Positions 1 to 9,397 are shown, counted from the stretch's first letter. The stretch: DNA of 64,000 nt from Phycisphaerae bacterium (GCA_963666835.2 CAXXGO010000006.1:2176001-2240000), one strand, 5' to 3'. The notes: generated by a model from the letters alone, not told the origin. A program made the numbers and translations.

Positions 1-257
1 CGCAGGTCGCCGGGGACGTAGCCGACCTGGGCCTTGACGGTGTCACTTTGTTTCCAGCAATCTTGTCCGAAGACCCGGGCTACGCCGGCGGAAGGTCTCA
101 GCAGGCCCAATAGCAGCCGGATCGTGGTTGTCTTTCCGGAGCCGTTAGGCCCGAGGAACCCGAACACCGATCCTTCCGGGACGGCCAGATTGAGCCTCTC
201 GACTCCGACGCGCCGTCCATACCGCTTACCCAGTTGTTCGGTCCGGATCACGCTCAC
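1..257 (-). CDS. ABC transporter ATP-binding protein (runs off window edge; not in ORF track)
   Basis: Manual translation from GTG at 257: VSVIRTEQLGKRYG...VFGFLGPNGSGKTTTIRLLLGLLRP...VGYVPGDL; Walker A GPNGSGKT. Confidence 0.9.
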   Translation of the reverse strand, partial: MSVIRTEQLGKRYGRRVGVERLNLAVPEGSVFGFLGPNGSGKTTTIRLLLGLLRPSAGVARVFGQDCWKQSDTVKAQVGYVPGDL

Positions 258-283
258 CGTTTGGTCTCGAACTGCAACATGCG

Positions 284-1006
284 CTATCGGTGCTGTCGGA
301 CGACTTCCCGTTCTATCGTCATGAGGGTCTCGAGCATGGCATCGGCGGACTCGGCCTCGAAAAGTGACTCCGCTCTGGCATCGTTGAGGATCCGCATGAG
401 ACGCGCCAAAACGTGCAAATGATGGCGGTCGTTGTGGCAGCAGATCAGAAAGAAGAGGCGGGTCAGTTCCGGCGTAGGCCCGCCGAACGGGATGCCCCGC
501 TGGTGCCGCGCTACGCAGATGAGGGGCTCGGCCGAGACGTACGGCATCGGCTGCCGTGGGTGGGGAATGGCGATGCCGCCGGGCAATGCGGTGGAACACA
601 TCGTTTCCCGCTCCCGCACCGCGTCCAGAAGCCCCTCGCCGTCGTACAACAGGCCGGTGCGGTCCGCGAGGCGGACCAACTCCTGCAAGACCGAGGGTTT
701 CGTCTTCGCTGCAAACGACACGTCGATCCCCTCCGTGCCGATTAACTCCGTGACAACCATGCCGTTCTCGTTCGTGGGATCGTCCACCTGCCCACTCATG
801 GAGTCCTCCAGCGCGATAAGACGCTGTTCGTCCAGGGTGTGCATTTCCTGCTGGAGCCACTCGGTGACTTTCGTGCGGTGGAAACGCCACTGACCCCCGA
901 TCAGGCGGCCGGGGAGCTGACCCCGATCGGCCAGGCGGCGCACTTGGCGTGCATCCATGCCGACGTATTTGGCGAACTCCTCCAGACTCATAGTGCGGTA
1001 CGGCAT
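284..1006 (-). CDS. PTS IIA (PtsN/fructose-type) domain with N-terminal excisionase-like HTH
   Basis: N-terminal MSLEEFAKYVG...LPGRLIGGQWRF HTH; IIA motifs ERE...STAL..GIAIPHPR and HLHVLARL. Confidence 0.85.
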   Translation of the reverse strand: MPYRTMSLEEFAKYVGMDARQVRRLADRGQLPGRLIGGQWRFHRTKVTEWLQQEMHTLDEQRLIALEDSMSGQVDDPTNENGMVVTELIGTEGIDVSFAAKTKPSVLQELVRLADRTGLLYDGEGLLDAVRERETMCSTALPGGIAIPHPRQPMPYVSAEPLICVARHQRGIPFGGPTPELTRLFFLICCHNDRHHLHVLARLMRILNDARAESLFEAESADAMLETLMTIEREVVRQHR

Positions 1007-1095
1007 CAGCAACGCCTATATAGAGCAATGCCCACACGAAATCCACTTAAACGTATTGTAGAGATTTCACGCGGCGAAGCCAATGACCGGCGGGC

Positions 1096-1299
1096 TTACC
1101 GGGGGCAATCGTCGTCGTTTGGGCAACGCCGGGTCGGGTCAGCAGGGCAGGGGCCGGCGGCAGGCGGGGACGGGCAATTGTGGCACCCCGAACACGGCGG
1201 GCGAGCCTGCTGTGAGCCGACCCTGCTTCGAGTGAATCGAATCACGTATGCCAAAGCACAGGCCGCCAGCGCGAGCGTCAAGTAGTCTTCCCCAGTCAT
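1096..1299 (-). CDS. FeoB-associated small Cys-rich membrane protein
   Basis: N-terminal TM followed by CSGCHNC, immediately downstream of feoB. Confidence 0.7.
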   Translation of the reverse strand: MTGEDYLTLALAACALAYVIRFTRSRVGSQQARPPCSGCHNCPSPPAAGPCPADPTRRCPNDDDCPR

Positions 1300-1312
1300 C
1301 CTGTGTTTCTGC

Positions 1313-3784
1313 CTAGATCATCCGGGACGCTATCTGATAAGTCACCAGAGCGCCGATATAAGCCAGGACGGTCATGTACGAGAAGGTCAGAATAGGCCAT
1401 CGCCAGGAGTTAGTCTCGCGTTTGATAGCCGCCAGCGTAGCCGCGCACTGGCAACACAGGGCGAAGAACACCATGATCGAAAGTGCTACCGGCAGGCCGA
1501 AGGTGGGTTGTCCATCCGGTCCCGTCACGGTGCGGAGCTTGGCGCGGAGACCCTCGGAGGCCTCGCTCTGGTCGCCACCGAGATTGTAGAGCGTGCCCAA
1601 AGTGGCTATCACGACCTCCCGGGCGGGGAAGGATGCGATTACGGCGGTTCCGATTCGCCAGTCCCATCCCAGCGGTCTTACAGCCGGTTCGATCCAGCGC
1701 CCGGCCCGCCCTAGTATGCTCTGGCGGAGGAGCGATCCGGCCTCGGCGCGGTCGATCTCGGCCAGCCGGTCGTTTAGCGCCGCGCGGCTCTCATGCAGGG
1801 CCAAGGCGATCTCCCCGGCCGTGCCGTGCTGACGAGCAATCCCGGCGATATCCGCGTCCGCGGCGGATCTGGCGGTCTCCCAGGCGGTTGACCCCGGTTG
1901 GGTCTCGTTCCGGTCGATTAATGCAGTAAACGCCGCCTCGCGGGCCTCAATCTCTGTAAGCGCTGTTGCGATGGCCCTTTGCGCGGGCAACTCGGCGGGC
2001 GTTACCGCAGGATTTGCTCGTCGGGCCAGCTTCGCCAGGGTAGCCCGGTGCGTTTCCTTCGCCTCTGTCCGCATGGCGGCGTGCGAGGCGAAGATCGATG
2101 CCGGTCGGGGGTAGTACGCCAGAGCCCAGATTACGATGGTCACCGCGAAGATGATGGTCCCCGCGGAAACGCAGAAGACCTTGCCTTGCTCGTACATCCG
2201 GTGCAGTACGGTTGGGGCTGACGGCCATTTGTAGCCGGGGAGCTCCATCAGAAACGGGGCGGGCTTTCCTTGCAGCACAGTGGCCTTTAGCGCCAAGGCC
2301 ACCGCCACAGCTACTAGGCCGCCAATGACGTACATGGTCAAGAGCACCACCGTTTGCAGCCCCAGAAAGCCGCCCAGTAAAGGCGTTGGCGGAACGAACG
2401 CGCTGATGAGCAGCACATAGACCGGTAGTCGGGCACTGCAACTCATCAGCGGAGCGATGAGCATGGTAACGAATCGGTCGCGGCGATTTGCGATGGTTCG
2501 TGTTGCCAGGATTCCCGGTACGGCGCAGGCGAACGAGCTGAGCAGGGGTATGAACGACTGCCCGTTGAGCCCGAGCCGGCGCATCCATCGGTCCAAAAGC
2601 AGCGCCACACGGGGCATGAAACCGCAGTCTTCCAGGATGGCGATGAACAGAAACAGAATCAGGATCTGGGGCAGGAAGATAAGAACTCCGCCGACTCCCG
2701 CCACGACGCCGTCCACCAGGAAACTCTGAATAGCTCCGGATGGAACTACGCTTCGCAGGAATCCGCCCGATGCTGTCACACCGATGTCAACCGCGTCCAT
2801 GATCGGAGCGGCCCACACGTAGATGGCCTGGAAACAACCGGCCATGAGCACCGCAACGATAGCGAGCCCCCACACCGGGTGGGTAAGGACGACGTCGGCC
2901 TTCTCGGACCGCGGCCGGCGGTCCGGTCGACTGCACCTGACCGTTTGAGCGAGCACCTTCCCGACCCAATCGTACCGGGTTCCGGCTTCTACCTGGGCTA
3001 ACGAGACTCCCGCCGCGCGGATTCGTTCACGGCGCGACTCGAGGTCCGCCGAAATCCAGTCTCCGTGGCGCTTCCGCATGACGCTCTCGTGGTACCCTTC
3101 CGGTTCGAGCAGGGCTTGGAGCAACTCCACCTGCGCGCTGCCGCGGGCGGCGGGATTGGCATTGTCGGCCACGGCGGCGGTCAGCCCCGCCAGTTCCTCT
3201 TGGATGCACTCGGGAAATGGTAGGCGATGCTCCACCAAAGCGGGCGCATGCGTCTGGAGCGTGTCGCCGATCGTGGTGATTAAGCTCTCAAGTCCGGTCC
3301 GCCGGTTCGCCACGACCGATATTACCGGCACTCCGACCTGCTTGGCCAGCGAATCAGCGTCGATGTCGATGCCCGCATGATCTGCCAGGTCGACCATGTT
3401 CAAAGCGATAAGCGTGGGATGGCCGATCTCGAGGATCTGGCTTACGAAGAAGAGACTCCTGGCAAGCTGAGTGGCGTCCACGACGACGACGATAACGTCC
3501 GGCGCCGAGTGCTCTTCGTAATGACCGCAGAGCGCGTCGAGGACGACGGCCTCATCCGCTGAGTTCGCCGCCAGGCTGTACGCCCCGGGCAGATCGATTA
3601 TCTCTACCGGGGATGCGATGAGGTTTGTGCGAAGGAGCCCGGTCTTTCGTTCGACGGTAACCCCGGCGTAGTTGCCTACCCGGCCCCGGAAACCGGTGAG
3701 GGCATTGAAGAGCGTTGTTTTCCCGGTATTGGGGTTGCCGACCAGGGCTACTACGGGTTGTTTTCCGGACGGGTGTTGGGGCAT
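1313..3784 (-). CDS. feoB: Ferrous iron transporter FeoB
   Basis: GNPNTGKT, NYAGVTVE, DLPGAYSL, NMVD G-motifs; PLMSCSARLPVY membrane domain. Confidence 0.97.
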   Translation of the reverse strand: MPQHPSGKQPVVALVGNPNTGKTTLFNALTGFRGRVGNYAGVTVERKTGLLRTNLIASPVEIIDLPGAYSLAANSADEAVVLDALCGHYEEHSAPDVIVVVVDATQLARSLFFVSQILEIGHPTLIALNMVDLADHAGIDIDADSLAKQVGVPVISVVANRRTGLESLITTIGDTLQTHAPALVEHRLPFPECIQEELAGLTAAVADNANPAARGSAQVELLQALLEPEGYHESVMRKRHGDWISADLESRRERIRAAGVSLAQVEAGTRYDWVGKVLAQTVRCSRPDRRPRSEKADVVLTHPVWGLAIVAVLMAGCFQAIYVWAAPIMDAVDIGVTASGGFLRSVVPSGAIQSFLVDGVVAGVGGVLIFLPQILILFLFIAILEDCGFMPRVALLLDRWMRRLGLNGQSFIPLLSSFACAVPGILATRTIANRRDRFVTMLIAPLMSCSARLPVYVLLISAFVPPTPLLGGFLGLQTVVLLTMYVIGGLVAVAVALALKATVLQGKPAPFLMELPGYKWPSAPTVLHRMYEQGKVFCVSAGTIIFAVTIVIWALAYYPRPASIFASHAAMRTEAKETHRATLAKLARRANPAVTPAELPAQRAIATALTEIEAREAAFTALIDRNETQPGSTAWETARSAADADIAGIARQHGTAGEIALALHESRAALNDRLAEIDRAEAGSLLRQSILGRAGRWIEPAVRPLGWDWRIGTAVIASFPAREVVIATLGTLYNLGGDQSEASEGLRAKLRTVTGPDGQPTFGLPVALSIMVFFALCCQCAATLAAIKRETNSWRWPILTFSYMTVLAYIGALVTYQIASRMI

Positions 3785-3838
3785 CTGGACGAGGCTGCCG
3801 GTTTCTTTGGATGGTCGGTCCGGGCGTCCGCGAGAAGG

Positions 3839-4063
3839 CTATTCGGGGCTGAGCAGAATGCTCTGCTGGTGTCCGCCTCCGAGACCCACACAGCGACCAC
3901 CCAGCCGCACCACGCAGGGTTCTCCGGGGCGCACCATCATGACACAAGCCCCATGCACGAAACCCAGGTCGGCCAGACGCTTGGCTGAGCCCTGCGAATC
4001 AAGCACCGAAGACACGGTTCCGAACTCACCCGCCTTCAAACCTGGCAGCGTCTGTTCAGCCAT
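3839..4063 (-). CDS. feoA: FeoA
   Basis: RLADLGFVHG...PGEP SH3-like FeoA pattern; GAGGAGG RBS before ATG 4063; upstream of feoB. Confidence 0.88.
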   Translation of the reverse strand: MAEQTLPGLKAGEFGTVSSVLDSQGSAKRLADLGFVHGACVMMVRPGEPCVVRLGGRCVGLGGGHQQSILLSPE

Positions 4064-4298
4064 CCCGACCTCCTCATCGAACCGGTGGAACCAGAAGCAA
4101 TTTCGGTCTCTACCGGCGACAACTGAGACTGTGTCTCGGGCACACCCGCGATGGAAACGCAACGGACCAAACGCCGCGGCCCGTCTTTTAAACCGAATAT
4201 CGGCGGGTCGCATCGCCTACTGCAAGACCAAAAGGCGACTTAGGGGGGGCGCCAGCACACTAATACGCCGGAAATCCAACCACGCGACCCACTTGTGG

Positions 4299-4359
4299 AG
4301 TATACGACAGGACTGCGGGAAGTCCAGGGCGTTTCCGTGAAAATTGAGACGAATTCTCA
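4299..4359 (-). promoter_or_regulatory. Putative feoAB promoter (-10 TATACT at 4299-4304) with a Fur-box-like 7-1-7 palindrome TGAGACG-A-ATTCTCA (4345-4359)
   Basis: TGAGA/TCTCA inverted repeat resembling the Fur 7-1-7 consensus, upstream of an iron-uptake operon. Confidence 0.55.
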
Positions 4360-4670
4360 GGTAGGCGGTCGTCAGGGGCTGGCTGCTTGTCGTCCTATAA
4401 CCGAGCGTGGAATCAGAGGACCTCTTGGCGGAAGAAGACAGAGCCGTCGATTGGATGCTGCCGGCGGGGAGCCGACGTGTGGGGCGAGTGCTGAGGAAAT
4501 CCACCGTCAGGCCTTTTATGGCGCCATGCAATTCTTAATTGACTCCCTCTTAGTGTACGGATATGTTTCGCTGATACACAGCGGGCCCGAACTTGGAGGC
4601 CGCGGTCGGACCCGCCGATCCCATCACTTGATTCACTTAGGCAGCGGCCCAACAGAAGGGAGTACAGGTC

Positions 4671-5942
4671 ATGAATGTGCGTCGTACGACGGCCAGCGCT
4701 GCGATGCGCCGGGGCGGGCAAACGGGTTTTTGTCCTTTGAACAGGGGGGGGGCACGCACTGCCGCCCTTGTGAAAACGGCGCTGGTCGCCGGGCTTGGCG
4801 TGGTTCTCGCCATGCCTAGCACCGCGTGGGCACAGGCGGCTCCGATCTACCTGGGAAGCGATCGGAGCATCGACGGGTGCTACCGGGATGAGATGGGAAA
4901 CCTGCACTGCGGGCCGGCAGTTGCGGACCCCGGTCCCCCGGGGCAATACGATCGGATCGAGCACCTCGCCGATTACTTCGCGTGGGCCGACGTGGATTTC
5001 GCCTTAACCAGCGGTAGTCTCGAAGTTGGCGAGGCGACGATTCATGCGGACCTGACCGGCACGGCGCCGGTGCTGGTGTCGGAGGGCGGGTTGCTCGTGG
5101 CGACGGGCACGGTTACCGCGGTGTTCGAGAGTTGGGGCTCGTCGGTCGACGCGGTCGTGCAGCTTACCGAGGGCTCGGTAACCCGCACGCTGGAGCTTAC
5201 GGTCTCGGTCACTCCGAGCGGGCTGGCAGTCTACGGCACTTTGACGACCACGGCCGGTGACCCTCCGGTGTCCGGGGGCTGGTTGTATTCGCCTGCGGAG
5301 GGCGTCTGGGAGGATCCTACGTCGGAGTCGGGCTTTCACGACGCCGTCGAGGCGATGCTCCACTGTCAGTTGCTGGACCGTCAGAATGACCCTCGGGGTC
5401 TGAGCCTGGGCAACACATTCATTCTGATCGGCAATATCATCGGGCAGGTGGTCACGTCCATCTTGGACATGATGATTCCCTATACACCTCCGCATGCATA
5501 CCAGTGTGACGGTCCCTTGGTCAACGACGGCCCGGGTCAAAGCTGCGAGGGCAGCACACCCCCGTGCATCGATAACCTGTCCAGCGTATACGAGAAGATC
5601 GACAAGATCCCGGACGTCACCCTGGCGTTCAAGAAGTGCATGAAAGGCCGCCTCGGCTGCGGCGGCTCACACTTCCGCCGGACACGAATCGATTGCGCGC
5701 CGGAGAGTGACTGCGGGCCATGCGAACCATTCGGTTTGGCCGGCGGATGCAGTTTGGGTGGATCGCTTATGTGGTATTGCGAGACTAGTGCAGACGAATG
5801 TGATTGTGCCAATGTTGTGTTTCACGAGACGGCACATTCGTGCGGCGCGTTGGATCAGACTGGTGAGACCTCTAGGATTGGCGAGTGGTTTGCGGATCAG
5901 CTAGGCCAGACGAACCCGGGGCTTTGCTGGCCGGTTGATTGA
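4671..5942 (+). CDS. Secreted protein with Cys-rich C-terminal HExxH (zincin-like) domain; putative toxin/effector
   Basis: Signal peptide ending ...PSTAWA|Q; many Cys in C-terminal third; VVFHETAHSCG near C-terminus. Confidence 0.7.
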   Translation: MNVRRTTASAAMRRGGQTGFCPLNRGGARTAALVKTALVAGLGVVLAMPSTAWAQAAPIYLGSDRSIDGCYRDEMGNLHCGPAVADPGPPGQYDRIEHLADYFAWADVDFALTSGSLEVGEATIHADLTGTAPVLVSEGGLLVATGTVTAVFESWGSSVDAVVQLTEGSVTRTLELTVSVTPSGLAVYGTLTTTAGDPPVSGGWLYSPAEGVWEDPTSESGFHDAVEAMLHCQLLDRQNDPRGLSLGNTFILIGNIIGQVVTSILDMMIPYTPPHAYQCDGPLVNDGPGQSCEGSTPPCIDNLSSVYEKIDKIPDVTLAFKKCMKGRLGCGGSHFRRTRIDCAPESDCGPCEPFGLAGGCSLGGSLMWYCETSADECDCANVVFHETAHSCGALDQTGETSRIGEWFADQLGQTNPGLCWPVD

Positions 5943-6017
5943 GGGGATCGCCGCAAACAACCAGGGCTTTCATCTGCTTAGGCCTGATGCGGCAACATGC
6001 CTGATGAGGAACGGAAA

Positions 6018-6518
6018 ATGAAAATAGGACGTATGAAGGTCACGGCCATACTACTGGCCTCGGTAACTGTAGGAGTAGCATTCGGTCTCGGATGCTCTCC
6101 TTGCCCGCTTACGTTTGCCGGCATGCTCGTGCGCGGTAGCGTCGAGACGGATAGTCAAGACACACTCGGGGACTTTGTCGTTGACGCATACACGTGGACG
6201 GGCGACACACGGACCGCGTCGGGGTCAACCAGTCTGGGCTATAGTGACAACAACTTTACCTGGCAGGACGGGACCTTTCAGATCTCTCTTGCATCACCTG
6301 ACCGCGTAGCGGTCTGTGACGACCCGTTCTCGGCACAGGTCGAAGTCCCTGAGTACCCGGTGCCGGACGAGGTACACCTCGTGATCACACACGACGGTTG
6401 CGAGTACACCTTCGAGATACAGGTGACCGCAGACATGCTGACCGACTACGACTATCCGGAGTACGACATTCTCCAACTGACCGAGCCGCTGGTAATCGGC
6501 GCGTGCCCGGAAGAATGA
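6018..6518 (+). CDS. Exported/lipoprotein paralog 1 (putative immunity or partner protein)
   Basis: Signal/lipobox FGLGC; shares NFTWQDGTFQ, VPEYPVPD, TADMLTDYD.PEYDI, PLVIGACPEE with the two downstream paralogs. Confidence 0.8.
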   Translation: MKIGRMKVTAILLASVTVGVAFGLGCSPCPLTFAGMLVRGSVETDSQDTLGDFVVDAYTWTGDTRTASGSTSLGYSDNNFTWQDGTFQISLASPDRVAVCDDPFSAQVEVPEYPVPDEVHLVITHDGCEYTFEIQVTADMLTDYDYPEYDILQLTEPLVIGACPEE

Positions 6519-6541
6519 CGAGGATATGTCCCGGCCGGGTG

Positions 6542-6603
6542 CCCCATCCATGCCGGCGTTTTGCGCGCTGGAATCGCCGCATCGCCCGCCGGCATGGGTG
6601 GGG
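6542..6603. repeat. Long inverted repeat (CCCCATCCATGCCGGCG / CGCCGGCATGGGTGGGG); related copies follow paralogs 2 and 3
   Basis: Similar arms at about 7428-7535 and 8555-8621; 6586-6678 is also nearly identical to 8603-8694. Confidence 0.75.
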
Positions 6604-6682
6604 GACGGATTGGAGTCCTGAAGTTGCGTCGGTCGACAAACGAGAGCTTCCACAAAGGCGCGTGTTGCGTTAGAGGTCTCAA

Positions 6683-6832
6683 TGCGATTGCGCGAATACA
6701 GTCTTTCATGAAATGGCCCATTCGTGCGGCGCGTTGGATCAGACCGGAGATTCGCGTCGGATTGCTGACTTCTTTGAAGACGAGTTTGAGACGGCAAACC
6801 CCATTGCTTGCTATCAAACGAAGCGACCCTGA
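6683..6832 (+). pseudogene. Orphan C-terminal fragment paralogous to the 4671-5942 HExxH domain
   Basis: Translates CDCANTVFHEMAHSCGALDQTGDSRRIADFFEDEFETANPIACYQTKRP* versus CDCANVVFHETAHSCGALDQTGETSRIGEWF...; in-frame TAG at 6671 and no start codon ahead of the motif. Confidence 0.88.
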
Positions 6833-6900
6833 GGGAAGAACTTGGGAGTATAACAATGTGTGCTAGAAGATCCCATAACACGCCGATCTGGAAACAAGCG

Positions 6901-7404
6901 ATGAAGAACACGATTCGAATAGAAGTAGCGGTCATGCTCACAGTCGCAGGTGTCATCGGTCTTGCGTCCGGCGTGGCGCGTTCTCCTTGCCCGCTTACTT
7001 CGGCAACCATGGTGGTTCGAGGGAAGGTCGAGGCAGACATCGCGACTACGTTGGGAACTTTCGACGTCGACGCGTACACGTGGACGGTTGGCGAACAGAC
7101 GGGGGCAGGGTCAACTCGCCATTCGTTGAGTGAGCAGAACTTCACCTGGGAGGACGGCACCTTCCAAGCCTTTCTCGGGGCCAGCGGGTCCGTCAGTGTA
7201 TGTTCCGACCCGTTTTCCGAGGAGGTTGAGGTCCCGGAGTATCCGGTTCCAGATGAAGTGCGCTTGGTCGTTATTCACGGCGGTTGCGAGCATACGTTCG
7301 AGATAACGGTAACGGCCGACATGCTCACGGACTACGACTTTCCGGAGTACGACATTGTCCAATTGACCAAGCCGTTGGTAATCGGAGCGTGCCCGGAGGA
7401 GTGA
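6901..7404 (+). CDS. Exported paralog 2
   Basis: Clear paralog of 6018-6518; N-terminal hydrophobic segment; ends PLVIGACPEE. Confidence 0.82.
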   Translation: MKNTIRIEVAVMLTVAGVIGLASGVARSPCPLTSATMVVRGKVEADIATTLGTFDVDAYTWTVGEQTGAGSTRHSLSEQNFTWEDGTFQAFLGASGSVSVCSDPFSEEVEVPEYPVPDEVRLVVIHGGCEHTFEITVTADMLTDYDFPEYDIVQLTKPLVIGACPEE

Positions 7405-7543
7405 CAAGAATATGTCCCGGCCTGGTGCCCCATCCATGCCGGCGTTTGGCATGCGGGGTGCGGGGTGCCCCATTCATGCCGGCGTCTGCTGGGCTGGAAT
7501 AGCCGCATCGCCCCGCGGCCGGCATGGGTGGGGGGCGGATTGC

Positions 7544-7573
7544 GTAGGGCACGGTCGAGGTACGAGACCTGCC
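7544..7573 (+). repeat. GTAG-type REP-like palindrome, family A (GTAGGGCAyGGTCGAGGyACGAGACCTGCC)
   Basis: Inverted copies at 7757-7786, 8698-8727, 8957-8986, 40770-40799 and 40909-40938; partial copy near 7945; GTAG foot plus GGCA-GGTC/GACC-TGCC stem. Confidence 0.85.
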
Positions 7574-7605
7574 GAGATGTCGCGTGTCGCGCGAATCCCT
7601 AACCG

Positions 7606-7786
7606 CGTCACGCGGCCACCCGGTGAACGGTCCCGAAGGGACTGTGGGCACGTAGCCACGGGTGGAGCGAAGCGGAACCCGTGGGGTGATTCGGCCCCCA
7701 TACGCTCCCGTCCCGAAGGGCCGGAGGAGGATTAACGGCATGACGCAAAGAACAACGGCAGGTCTCGTGCCTCGATGCTGCCCTAC
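7606..7786. repeat. About 180 bp composite REP block duplicated at 8806-8986; contains family B REP GTAGCCACGGGTGGAGCGAAGCGGAACCCGTGG (7652-7684, 8852-8884)
   Basis: Direct comparison: two near-identical copies 1200 bp apart with several hairpins. Confidence 0.85.
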
Positions 7787-8012
7787 AGAATGCTCTGGGC
7801 GGGTTGCGCAAGCCGAACGTCGTTGTGCAACCCACTTCGGGGTTGGTGCGGAAGGGGGCTTTGTGCCCCAGGGTGGCACTTCACGGCTGCGCCGCTTTGT
7901 TTACCCTGGGCTTCGTTGTTTAACGCCTTCGGCGTACGTTCAAAAGGCACGAGACCTGCCGCGAAAGCGCGCGTCACGCAGAGGATTAAGCATGCATTCT
8001 GAGGATCTGGCA

Positions 8013-8513
8013 ATGAGGACAACGAATCGAATAGAAGCCGCGGTAATGGTCGTGGTTATAGGTGCCATCGGGCTGGTGTCCGGTTCAGCTTGTTGCTCGT
8101 GCCCGCTCATCTCGGCGCAGATGCTGGTTCGCGGCAGAGTCGAGGCGGATGCCACGATCACATTGGGGAGTTTCGAGGTCAGCGCCTACACCCGGACTGC
8201 CGGCGAATGGACCGGAGCAGGGGCGACGGGCCATTCGTTGAGCGAGCAGAACTTCACCTGGCAGGACGGGACCTTTCAGGTCCACCTTGGGGGCGGCGAG
8301 CTCGGCAGATGTCCCAATCCATTCTCTTCGGAGGTTGTGGTTCCCGAATACCCCGTGCCGGATAAAGTCCACTTAGTGGTTACGCACGACGGCTGCGAGC
8401 AGACCTTCGAGATACCTGTAACGGCCGACATGCTCACGGACTACGACTTTCCGGAGTACGACATTGTCCAATTGACCAAGCCGTTGGTAATCGGAGCGTG
8501 CCCGGAGGAGTGA
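8013..8513 (+). CDS. Exported paralog 3
   Basis: Paralog of the two above; 8418-8517 identical to 7309-7408. Confidence 0.82.
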   Translation: MRTTNRIEAAVMVVVIGAIGLVSGSACCSCPLISAQMLVRGRVEADATITLGSFEVSAYTRTAGEWTGAGATGHSLSEQNFTWQDGTFQVHLGGGELGRCPNPFSSEVVVPEYPVPDKVHLVVTHDGCEQTFEIPVTADMLTDYDFPEYDIVQLTKPLVIGACPEE

Positions 8514-8805
8514 CAAGGATATGGCCCAACCGCGTGCCCTATTCCGGCCGGACGCCCCATCCATGACGGCGGCTGCTGGGCTGAAACAGCCGTATCGCCC
8601 GGCCGCCGGCATGGGTGGGGGGCGGATTGGAGTCCTGAAGTTGCGTCGGTCGACAAACGACAGCTTCCACAAGGGCGCGTGTTGCGTTAGAGGTCGCGGC
8701 AGGTCTCGTACCTCGACCGTGCCCTACAGGGTGCCGGGTGCCATGGTCCACGCTTGCGTGGCCATGAAGGTCGTTTGGGTCGGGCGAGCGCAAGGGTGTC
8801 AACGT

Positions 8806-8986
8806 CGTCACGTGGCCACCCGGTGAACGGTCCCGAAGGAACTGTGGGCACGTAGCCACGGGTGGAGCGAAGCGGGACCCGTGGGGTGATTCGGGCCCCA
8901 CCTACTCCCGTCCCGGAGGGCCGGCGGAGGATTAACCGCATGACGAAAAGACCAACGACAGGTCTCGTGCCTCGACCATGCCCTAC
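8806..8986. repeat. Second copy of the composite REP block
   Basis: Matches 7606-7786. Confidence 0.85.
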
Positions 8987-9085
8987 GGGGCGGGGTTGAA
9001 TTGACGTTCTGCGCGCATAGACCAGCAAGGCCCCGGCCGCAGCCGCAAGCCCGATGGAGGGATATCCTGTATCTCCGACGGTCTG

Positions 9086-9292
9086 CTACGAGTCGGTCTC
9101 GGTGGCGTCTTCGGTGGCGGCTGCTACCTGGGTCGCCAGGGACGCCAGGAAGTCGTTTAGGAAGTAATCTTTGGTACCGGCGACCAGAGCTTCTTTCAGC
9201 CGGGTCTCGCACCCCCCGAACATGGTACCGCCGCCCAGGGTCACCGCGAGCATAGTTGCCACTTTCGTGCGTATTCTTGCAGTGCGCTTCAT
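9086..9292 (-). CDS. Small putative lipoprotein
   Basis: Basic N-terminus, hydrophobic stretch, MFGGC lipobox-like, amphipathic helix, acidic tail. Confidence 0.6.
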   Translation of the reverse strand: MKRTARIRTKVATMLAVTLGGGTMFGGCETRLKEALVAGTKDYFLNDFLASLATQVAAATEDATETDS

Positions 9293-9397
9293 GTGTCGCT
9301 TCCGTTGGGGAGAAGAACCAAGCTCACAGACGCAGCCGAGAGGGACTCCCGCATGCGCAATCTGTAACGTCTGCAGGGTGGGTCCGTGCCCGGCTCG

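Noticed and set aside
7662..8012. N-terminal extension of the 283 aa ORF
   Set aside because: Runs through REP repeats; paralog alignment places the start at 8013.
5997..8513. Diversity-generating retroelement (TR/VR) behind the paralogs
   Set aside because: No reverse transcriptase in the window, differences are not adenine-specific, and the 3' ends are the most conserved part.
7544..8986. 30 bp palindromic repeats as a CRISPR array
   Set aside because: Mixed orientation, irregular spacing and GTAG feet fit REP elements instead.
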